This document shows positions 1 through 10,503 of a DNA stretch of 64,000 bases, piece by piece. The first letter of the stretch is position 1, and every line of letters starts with the position of its first letter. The DNA is from Octopus sinensis. Taxonomy: Eukaryota. The notes below the pieces were generated by a model, which saw nothing but the letters and a program-made list of their open reading frames with translations, ran no database searches and was not told the DNA's origin. Position numbers and translations under genes: made by a program. The stretch is from assembly GCF_006345805.1 (NCBI RefSeq), contig NC_043011.1:64430464-64494463 (forward strand). The letters run 5' to 3'.

Positions 1-240
1 TATTACAATATATAAAAGGGCTTAGTAAAATAAATTACTTTGCCACATACTGAACTCATTAGAAATAGTAGCTAAAAAAACTTTTTTAAAACTATTTCTA
101 ACACTATATGAGCAAAACTATATGAGAGAGATTTTCTTTAAGTATTAGAAATAGTTTAAAAAAAGTTTTTTTAGCTACTATTTCTAATGAGCTCAGTATG
201 TGGCAAAGTAATTTATTTTACTAAGCCCTTTTATATAATG

Positions 241-245
<5 letters not shown>
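1..245. repeat. ~100 bp inverted repeat / foldback (arms 1-101 and 145-245)
   Basis: The reverse complement of 145-245 matches 1-101 with only a few differences, around a 43 nt spacer. The left arm may be cut by the window edge. Confidence 0.9.
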
Positions 246-531
<286 letters not shown>

Positions 532-1124
532 GTATATTTGTTTGTATGTGAAATTTACAGAAAAACAAAAGATGAATTAAGTGTAGAAGGAGCGGACAGG
601 TGTATTAGTTCGGGAAGGTGAGAAAGTATTTTACGGTTCGAGCCTTCGTACTTCGGCATGAAAGAACATGACAAATAAACATACAGAGAATTTAAAACAA
701 AAAAAAAAAACATTTGGAGGTAGTAGTTAATCAAATACATCCTCATAGACATACGTCTATAACATTATCTGCCAAAAATTCATGATGCAATTACAATGAT
801 TAGAGAAAGTGCAATCTCATACTAATGAAAAATCTTTCAAAATCTGTGAACCGATTGTTAATAACTCCCTATGGGATACTTCATATATATTGTTTTATAT
901 CCAGTGAGTATTTGGGGGTTAAGTGATTTCATTTGTCGGATTTTTAAAAGCACAGATATATTAGGGCTAATACATAATACGGAAATTGTATTTGTAATGA
1001 TATTAACCCTAAAGGGCTACGTGTATCTATACCCCAGTGTCAATTTGTTGGTATGCGCTGCTCTCTCACAATGATGGCGATGATGATGACGATAAGGAGA
1101 CAAACAAGTAGAAGATGAAGAAGA

Positions 1125-1281
1125 AAAGGAAGAAGAAGAAGAAGAAAATGAAGAAGAAGAAGAAGAAGAAGAAGAAGAAGAAGAAGAAGAAGAAGAAGAA
1201 GAAGAAGAAGAAGAAGAAGAAGAAGAAGAAGAAGAAGAAGAAGAAGAAGAAGAAGAAGAAGAAGAAGAAAAAGAAGAAGAA
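1125..1281 (+). repeat. (GAA)n microsatellite (second tract at 1859-1961)
   Basis: Direct reading of the sequence. Confidence 0.97.
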
Positions 1282-1372
1282 TGACAATAATTATTATAAA
1301 TGGGGATATCACGAGCATTTCGGTCGAAGAAACTTAAGATCTTATGGGTATGTTCAAGAAGTTAGAAACGTT

Positions 1373-1480
1373 ATCTCTTATATATAAAAAATAAGAAAAT
1401 GGAGAAATACACCTTAATCAATAATCAACTACCAGAAAAGGTGTATTTCTCCATTTTCTTATTTTTTATATATAAGAGAT
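1373..1480. repeat. Perfect 43 bp inverted repeat with 22 nt loop
   Basis: ATCTCTTATATATAAAAAATAAGAAAATGGAGAAATACACCTT (1373-1415) is the exact reverse complement of 1438-1480. Confidence 0.95.
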
Positions 1481-1646
1481 TATTAATTTGTTGTAAAACA
1501 ATTTATCTTTGCCCTTATAATGCAATAAATGAATTAATTGCATCGCAATTCTTAACATTTATGTATTAACTTTGTATTAACTTATATTAACTGGCAGTAT
1601 ATTGGATATATGTTATCCCATGGTGGGTTGCACTCACAAAACTAAC

Positions 1647-1722
<76 letters not shown>

Positions 1723-1726
1723 TATA

Positions 1727-1857
1727 TAAAATACCTACTTCAGAAGCAAGGAAAACTGATACAAATAGCGGCAAAACACGAACAAAACATAAAATTGTTC
1801 TCAGTATTTAAGGAACCTGACAAATACAAACAAGAAATCATACCATTTAACAAATAT

Positions 1858-1860
<3 letters not shown>
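1727..1860 (+). mobile_element. Internal fragment of R4/Dong-type RLE LINE (subfamily D) running into (GAA)n
   Basis: Nearly identical to 49268-49402 (KYLLQKQGKLIQIAAKHEQNIKLFSVFKEP), including the junction into the GAA run. Confidence 0.9.
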
Positions 1861-1888
<28 letters not shown>

Positions 1889-2090
1889 AAGAAGAAGAAG
1901 AAGAAGAAGAAGAAGAAGAAGAAGAAGAAGAAGAAGAAGAAGAAGAAAAAGAAGAAGAAGAATGTTAATATTTATTATAAATGGGGATAGCAAGCTTGAA
2001 ACTAATAATACAACCACCGAGTTGGAAGAGCATTTCAGTTGAATAAACTAAGATCGTGTGTGAATGTTCAAGAAGTTAGAAAAGTTATCT

Positions 2091-2180
<90 letters not shown>

Positions 2181-2259
2181 CATATATATACGTGACCAAT
2201 ACATGGGGATAATTCACATATTACGGCTGCAAATGGAAGTACAAATACAAATATTCCCT

Positions 2260-3230
2260 GAATATTTCTGCTTGACATAACGGATGTCTACTCGTCTCCA
2301 ACAAACGTATCAATGCCAAGCTCCAAACTCGTTGTGAACTCTTTGCCCGAAACTTTATAATCTGCATTTAGCTGAGTTATAGGCCAAACATTTTCAATTT
2401 TGTACCCCTGGTACGGGTTTTCCGTAACAACACCACCACTAAACGGCTCACAGCACTGTGAATTCCCCCCTTGGCTGACAGTTTTAGTAGACATCGGCCA
2501 AAAGACTACAAAGTCTCGCATATCAAACTAAAGTTCAAAAGGTTGACCATTCTGTTTCAGAGACATCTTTCTTATGTAGGTCGACACCGCAAACCGTAAA
2601 TCGTCGACTGGTGCCGGCATTTAGCAGTACTCCGCATCCATAACAGTGAGGAGTTGTATGCCAGTAACATAGGAGGTGAAATCCACCATCGTCCAAGAAC
2701 CACAGAAAGCGCCGTATAATTCAACTAATTGCCTAAGAAATTCCAAACAATTCTGCTTGGTCCTCGTTATTATGGGCTCGTCACAGATTTTCAAATTCTG
2801 ACTTGATGTTTTGTTTCCACCTAGAACCTCTGCAATCAATCGGCATTTGGTCCATCCCATTTAAGCACTAGCTTTGCCACCGTAACTTTCGTGATAGTTA
2901 TAGAAGTATTGCTCAAGAGCCGATCTCACCGTTAGTATGTTAAAAGGTATGCCTTTCATAAGTGCCACATCTGGAATCCTAACTAGTTCTACCTCTATCC
3001 TTCATTTCTCTAATTCTATTTCCTTACTAATACCTACCGCCTGTCTATCTATATACAGGCCTACAAAATAGTCTATCTAGAGGAGGTCGGGAGAATAAGA
3101 TAGACTTTACCCATGTCCACATTGGCGCAGTCATTAAATCTAGTCAGCACCTGGAAGCGAACTGGTAGTGACCCTGCAGGTTTCTGAGGATTTTATTCCC
3201 ACCTCTCATATCGTATTAACAGTGAATCAC
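2260..3230 (-). pseudogene. Unidentified decayed coding-like segment (paralog 59820-61030)
   Basis: Higher GC and complexity than the flanks. Minus-strand frames can be stitched over ~300 codons with stops and frameshifts; no family recognised. Confidence 0.3.
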
Positions 3231-3991
3231 AATAAAGGAAAGTGCAAGTGACATAGATTATATTAGTAAGGGAATTGAAATATTCACACATAATTTTAGC
3301 AATGTGACAGAAATCTTTCGCTGGCATTTCAAAAGTTTTGCTTAAAAAATTACCAGCAGGTTTCGGAATTTAATCTTGTTCCAAACATATATTTCAGTCG
3401 CCTCTTGTAGACTTTAGAAAATATTCTCAGAAAATATTCTTAATCTGTAATACATTCAGTCCTCAAAATGCAGGACGAGAAATATATTTATGGGACATTA
3501 ACACGACGCCCTGGAGACATGAATAAAATGACAGTAGAATTTCCTCATATTTGAAAAACAAAACAAATTATTTGTTTGCGTAATCTTTCTCTTCGTGTTG
3601 TTATTTCTTTTCGTTTTTGTCTCTTTCGGTGTTTTTCTTTTTGCTTTTTTAAAACTTTAAACTTTGAAGACTGATTATTTCATTGTATCAACGTGGAAAC
3701 GCTGGTTGCTTCGTTCAAATTTTGGATACGAATTCCTATAATTTTGAATATCTTTTGTCACTTTTCATTTGGAACTCGACAGGATGTCTAATTGTCGAAG
3801 TATTGTTCAACCAATAAAACCTCTGATACAGTCGCATCGTGACCATCGTATTGTCTACATACGTTTGTATGATTAGTTATGACAAATCTTTTAAAATATA
3901 TTCATGATATTGATGGCGATGGAAATAATAATATTAATAAAATTAATAATTATAATGATAATAATAATAATAACAATAATAAAAATAATAA

Positions 3992-5254
3992 CAATATTGT
4001 TAACTGGTAAATTACTGAAATATGTCAAGTCTCAATATTGTTAACTGGTCAATTACTGAAATATGTCAGCTCGACAGAAAAATAAGGAAACTGTTGACAA
4101 TGCATAGAATGAACCACCCTAAGGCAGATACATAACGACTCTATCTGCCAAGAAAAGAGGGAGGCCGTGGTCTTTTGCAACTGGCAATAACAATGAAGAT
4201 TGCTACAATTGGCCTAGACACCTACCTGAAAAACTCTGAGGACTGGATGTTAAAACTTGTCTCAAAAGATGAAATCAAGAAAGCATCATACCCAGTAACA
4301 AAACAGGCAAAGGAATATCTAAGTGAATTCCGAATACAACCAATTTCGGAATTAGAGATAGATATACAAGAAACAAGCACAGAAAAAGCTAGGCGCATGA
4401 AAACCCGTGCCAAAACTGCGGTATTAGATATTCTGAATAATAAATGGCAAGAAAAACATCTCTATGGCAAATACCCAAAGAGGGAGAGTGATGCAGATTT
4501 TGACAAAGCCCTAAAACATCAATGGCTAATGGCCGCTGGCTTAAAATCTGAAACAGAAGGCATTATCATAGCAGCTCAAGATCAATGCCTACCAACAAGA
4601 AACTACCAGGCCAACATATTAAAGAACGGCAGTAGCCCAACATGTCGTGTATGCCGGCAACAAAATGAAACCATTGATCATGTTGTCTCCAAATGCAGTC
4701 TTCTAGCGCCTACAGAGTACTTCAGTAGGCATCATAGAGCTGCACAATATCTTCACTGGGTAATTTGCAAAAACCAGGATTTGCCCCATGAAAAAACCTG
4801 GTGGGAACACAATCCACCTCTTGTGCTTGAAAATGACCACATCTCACTCCTCTGGAACTTCACCATTCAAACTGACAGGAAGATAGATGCAAATAGGCCA
4901 GACATTATATTGAAATACTTGAGACAAAGAACATGCCTCCTCATTGATATGACTGTCCCAATCGATATAAACGTATCTGTCAAGACCTACCAAAAACTGA
5001 GCAAATATAAAGATCTTGAAATAGAAATCAGCAAAATGTGGAAGCTGAAGACTAAAACAATACCTGTTGTCATGGGTGCCCTGGGAATGATAGCAAAAGG
5101 GGCTGATTGCTACCTAACTCAGATACCAGGAAACCCCAAAATGGCAGAAATTCAAAAGATAGTGCTCATGGGAACTGCTCATATCCTACACAAAATACTC
5201 TCTATGTAATCCCAAGGTTTAAAACAAACTTTTTTGTTTATTTATTTAAATTTT

Positions 5255-5295
<41 letters not shown>

Positions 5296-5436
5296 TGTAT
5301 TAGACATTCACTGGTACAACACCAAAAAAAAAAAAACCCAAATATATGGCACAGAACTTCCAACCTGTTGTCTCTTGAGGTCTCTGGGTGAGACTTGGAG
5401 CCAACTTGTACTGACATAAAGCAAAAGTCAAACATA
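3992..5436 (+). mobile_element. 5'-truncated R4/Dong-type non-LTR retrotransposon (subfamily A): RT thumb, CCHC knuckle, RLE
   Basis: HPKAD-RLYLPRKEGGRG, KSETEGIIIAAQDQ, CRVCRQQNETIDHVVSKC and RPDII...LLID motifs (ORF 4175-5209). The 3' UTR ends in (AAT)n; 37 bp tandem duplication at the 5' junction (3992/4033). Confidence 0.95.
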
Positions 5437-5450
5437 TAATAATAATAATA

Positions 5451-5507
<57 letters not shown>

Positions 5508-5515
5508 TATAATAA

Positions 5516-6182
5516 GTGGAGTATAAATTAAGACATGACAGAATTGGCCAATATCTCCACTGGCTAATTAGTCGGCATTACAATATCAAAACTGCTGACA
5601 AGTGGTATAATCACCACCCTGAGGCTGTAACTGAAGGAGAAAATGTAACCATACTGTGGGACTTTCTAGTACATACAGACCGAACCATCGATGCCAATAA
5701 ACCGGATATTGTTGTGAAAGACCAAAACAATAAAGTTTGCTTATTGATCGACATGAGCATCCCCTGTGATCATAATATCTCAGCGAAAGAGTTTGACAAG
5801 CTCAGAAAATATAAAGACCTACTCATTGAAATTGAGAAAATGTGGCATCTCAAGGCGGTTCCAATACCAGTGATAGTAGGAGCACTAGGAATGATCAAGA
5901 AGGGAACCGAAAATTATATGAGAATGATCCCTTGCTTACCATCCCTGCAAAAAGTGCAAAAGATTGTCTTAACTGGTACATCACACATATTGAGAAGAGC
6001 ATTGTCGATGTGAGAACTGTTGCTGCTCATGTATTTTAACTTAACTTAAAAAGAAAAAAAAAACGAACGAACTATTGAGTTTGGTTTAATGGCCTACCAA
6101 TGTATACTATGAGTTTCTTTGCTCTAGTTGTCGGGAAGACACTCAGCAAGAAATGGAAGCAAATTTGAAAGAAGAAAAAAAA
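5516..6182 (+). mobile_element. 5'-truncated R4/Dong-type LINE (subfamily B), RLE domain and 3' UTR
   Basis: RHDRIGQYLHW...KPDIVVKD...LLIDMSIPCD...GALG motifs; flanked on both sides by (AAT)n. Confidence 0.95.
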
Positions 6183-6221
6183 AGTAATAATGATAATTAT
6201 AATAACAATAATAATAATAAT

Positions 6222-6295
<74 letters not shown>

Positions 6296-6299
6296 TAAC

Positions 6300-6342
<43 letters not shown>

Positions 6343-6366
6343 GTAATAATAATGATAATAATAATA

Positions 6367-7630
6367 AGGTTGACTATTTGCGCAGATTGAGTCTGATTGA
6401 GAACGGCGCTATCAATACTTAAGCGATTTCACTCCTTACATATCGAGTAGACTTAAACGCATGGAAACAAGAGGAACTAAACAGCCGAGAAAAAGAAGAA
6501 ATTTGTTAACCTGATATGGGAATCTCCACCCAAAATATGATACACACAGACTGTATTTACCAAGTAAAACTGAGGAAGAGTACTTATTGGGAGCGAGTGC
6601 AGCATAAAACTCTCAAAAGATGAAAGGCAATGTCGAACCTGGACGAATTTGAAGCTATGTAAAAACAAGGCCACAGAGTAGCTATTATTAGAAAGAAGAA
6701 GATCAGGCTTGTGCAGGATGAATGATTGCAAAGATAAAACATTCTACAAGAAATTGAAAACGAATGAAACTGGAAATAGTTCGGTAAAAAAAGAATGCAT
6801 GAACAATTTCATAGAGATGTTGAAGATACGATAGACAGAGAAAAAAGATGGCTTAGGATGGCTATATGTGATTTAAAATCGGAAACGGTGGCTCTAATTT
6901 ATGCTATGTTCGCAGTAATCTGTGCTGCCCAAGAGCAAGCACTAAGAACAAGCTACATAAAATACAGAATGGACAACACTGCAGAAAGGTATAAGTGCAG
7001 AATCTGTAGACAAAACCGGGAAACCGTACGGCATATTACCAGCCAATGTACGCCACTAGCCGAGAAGAAATATAAGAGACGCCACGACAATGTAGCCAAG
7101 CCAGTGAATTTGACATTTTGAAACAAGTATGGACTTGACAAAGCAAAAGCTTGATACGACCACAATCCTAAAGTCAACGTCGAAAAGTATAGATGCAAAA
7201 ATCGTATGGGATTTTATGATTCAATGTGACCATGAGATATAGAATTTTAAGCCGGAAATAGTCTTAATTGAGAAAGGAAACAATCTATGCTTATTAATAC
7301 ATATAGCATGCCCAGCTGATACCGACGTATTCGATAAGTAAGACATAAACGTCGAGAGATATGATAGGTTGGCTTGAGAAGTGAAGCCTTGTGGTCGAGG
7401 TAGTAGTCGTATCAATAATTGTGGGTGCCCTGGGAAGAGTGAGCAAAAATCGCGAGAACTACGTGGAAGAAATGGGGGCTGCAATACGGGTGGAAACCGT
7501 GCAGAAAACAGCACTGCTTGCAAACGCTCGAATTCTCCGGAAGGTGCCCGAAAGATGGGAGGTGTTACGTTAGTTCACTTGAAGCGAACAACTGACACTA
7601 ATACATTTCAAATGTTTGAAGTCATGCAAA
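6367..7630 (+). mobile_element. Older, degraded R4/Dong-type LINE (subfamily C)
   Basis: LHPK...RLYLP, LKSETVALI...CAAQEQAL, CRICRQNRETVRHITSQC, RHDNVA, IIVGALG and VQKTALLANARILRKV motifs with stops and frameshifts. Followed by (CTA)n. Confidence 0.9.
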
Positions 7631-7632
7631 GT

Positions 7633-7668
<36 letters not shown>

Positions 7669-7672
7669 ACAT

Positions 7673-7719
<47 letters not shown>

Positions 7720-7748
7720 TTACTACTACTACTACTAACATTACTACT
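7633..7748 (+). repeat. (CTA)n microsatellite
   Basis: Direct reading of the sequence. Confidence 0.95.
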
Positions 7749-8616
7749 TGTAATAAATTATGGATGATAGGATTGGCGGTGGAATAAGGATAAGTAAGAC
7801 CAGGTTTTAGAAAAGATAAGGAACATAAGAGATGCTGTCCAAACAAAAGAATATCTTAAGTGAAAAGAAGAACAGCATTACCATTGAGGATGGAACCATT
7901 GTTATTCTGACATTTTTATGTCAGAATAATACACGATATTTTATGAGGAACACTCAGTCATTTAAATATATGTTAGAAATTATGGAAATTACATATATTA
8001 GTTTACAACGTAGTAAAAAATTGCTCCTTTAATGAGTTACTGAACATCTGTTGTCTCGGGTCCTTTTTTTATTTTTGAAATATAAATGTTGCACTGATAT
8101 ATGATCACTAAACAAGTGCGTGGAGTTGAATGATTCCGTACAAAGTAAGTAGAAATATTTTGGAAACGTCTCGTTTTTCCATCTCTAATTTTACTTTTGC
8201 TCTTGTATGTAAATAAGGTATTTCTCTCATTCTTCGAAGTGTCCCACCAACGAGGGTATCGATGTTAGATGTGTCCAAAACGAGTGTCGTGCATAATAAT
8301 TCAAATTCCCGTATATTCCACATTCTGTATTACAATATGTATATATATGTGTGTGTGTGTGTATGTGTGTGTGATAGAGAAAATCTGTATCTCTAAGCTG
8401 ACATCACATATTTTGTCCGTGCTCACTTTCTAATGTATGAGGCTCCTCAGAGAGATGTACCACCTCATTGATAGGCATCATCATCAACATATCTTTCCTT
8501 TGCTTGTTTAGACCATAATCATAGTGTGAACGATCTGGAATATTTCAATTACGTAGCTTTGCATTACGTCATTAAAGTTAAATGTTACCAATATAAATAA
8601 TTTTGTATATTTGTGA

Positions 8617-8675
<59 letters not shown>

Positions 8676-9296
8676 CATTTATTGATAGATAAATATATTG
8701 TTTGACATATATATATGCTTATATATTAATTAATATACATACATATATGTATGTATAAATATATATTTACCAGTGTAAATATCTATCGATCTATGTGCCT
8801 CTCCCTCTCTCTCTCACTCTCAATATATATATATATATAAATATATATATATACACACATACATAAGTATGTAGATATGCGTACACATAAATACATATAT
8901 AATATATATATTCATGTATGTGTATATATATTTATTTATTTATTTACTTTTTACCTATATATACACATAAACACACAATCGCAGACACAAACTCACAATT
9001 TTATATAAATATATATATTTATACACAAATATATATACAATTATATATATATGCATATATACAATGCCTTCGACATCGTAACAGTTACGTATACAATTTC
9101 AACAGACAAAACTGTCATTCTTTAAACATACGTTTACATGTACATACACAGGTACACACGCGCAGACACGTCTACATACATTGAACTTAAAAACATGCAT
9201 ATATGCATACATACATACATGCATGCATACATTCATACTTACATACATATTTATATATACATGCATACAAACATATGTGTATACATACCTACATAA

Positions 9297-9768
9297 ATGA
9301 TGGCTGCCCCTCTTTCGAGTATGGCCATTGCACGAAGCTTAACATTTATTGGTACTGTGATTGAATGTGACTTTTTTGCCCAGCTAAAATATCTATAATG
9401 TCTTGTACAGAATTGGGAACTAAAACATTTACCGGTTATAGCCGTCTGTAGTTGTAGCTGGTCTTCATGTACCTTTGCTTGTTGTTTAAGTCCTCCTGCC
9501 GAATTACACTCTCTTCAGCATGCCCGACAGATATGATTCGTATGGTGTGTTACACCACCACTAGTGACCTTCTTGTCAATCATCTGTCTCGCTTTATGAC
9601 TACGAAGATGACTCTTGAGTCCAGCTTTACTGTGGCAGGGTCTTCCTCAAACACTGCATGTCAGCATCATAGGAAAACCCTTCCTGATATCCCTCCTTAC
9701 TTTCTCATGTGCAACTCGAGATTTCTCAAAGTGGCTGTCCCCTCGTGCACAATCCTTTTCCACCTGCT
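9297..9768 (-). mobile_element. 3' fragment of an RTE/BovB-like LINE with three C-terminal C2H2-type fingers
   Basis: Minus strand gives WKRIVHEG..., CSV*GRPCHSKAGLKSHLRSH, ICRAC*RECNSAGGLKQQAKVH and FSSQFCTRHY...KSHIQSQ. The 3' end GGCCATACTCGAAAGAGGGGCAGCCATCAT resembles RTE tails. Confidence 0.8.
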
Positions 9769-10139
9769 ATACATGCATACATACATTTGCGTAAAAACAT
9801 GTATACACACGTACAAAAATTCTCACGTGCATCGGTAAATGCACACATACATGAGTAGCTGCATGCATTCATATATACGTACGTATGTAATTACCTATAT
9901 AAGCGACATATATATCATGAACTAACTCTTATTTTCTCACATGCAGTACGAAGATTTTTCAGTGTAAATGTTTTGCATTGAAAATGTCTTGACACAAAAT
10001 TTCAGCTTTGAAGTGAAACTAACGTTTTTTGTGAGTTCTTAAATGTCTTACAACCATCTTCCACGTTGCAGTTGTTTTTTTGGGGCATACGATCTTAGAT
10101 CAAGTCACTTCCTATGCAAATACATCTCTCAATATTTAT

Positions 10140-10416
10140 ATATCACCTTGATCACTTTTACCGACCAGTCCGTCAGGCGTCCATTTGACACCACTGGTCG
10201 CAGCACGCTGTCCACTCCTCTATCGATCACGCTTTTCTCATTAACGTGATCCAAATCGTCCTCCTGAAATCGTAACTCCATCGCAGTGGAGGTCTTCCGC
10301 GTGGTTTTTACCGCTCGCGCGGGTACCACTCGTAAACTGCGTGGTCCCACCGATTATCGGTGAGCCGGGCGACGTGTCCAGCAAATCTATATTTGCTGCG
10401 TGTATACTCTGCGATG
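10140..10416 (-). mobile_element. 3' part of an older RTE-type LINE (continues at 14306-15062)
   Basis: AEYTRSKYRFAGHVARLTDNRW...EWYPRER*KPRGRPPLRW is the typical RTE C-terminus, in frame with the 14306-15062 piece once the insert is removed. Confidence 0.92.
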
Positions 10417-10503
10417 GGTCTGCAAAAGTTCAACCCCTCCTCCACTTGGTGCAGATTGGGCAACGCGAGCACAGCAAGCCAGCTGTGCTAGCGGCAAACG
10501 GGG
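10417..10503 (+). ncRNA. HDV-like (nested double-pseudoknot) self-cleaving ribozyme candidate at the LINE 5' end
   Basis: P1 GGUCUGC/GCAGAUU, P2 CCCC/GGGG, P3 (U)CC/GG(U), L3 UCCACUU, J1/4 GGG-CAAC, 12 bp P4, J4/2 GGCAAAC with the putative catalytic C at 10495. Confidence 0.85.

Noticed and set aside
4175-5209. 344 aa ORF as a host gene
   Set aside because: It is the C-terminal part of a 5'-truncated RLE retrotransposon.
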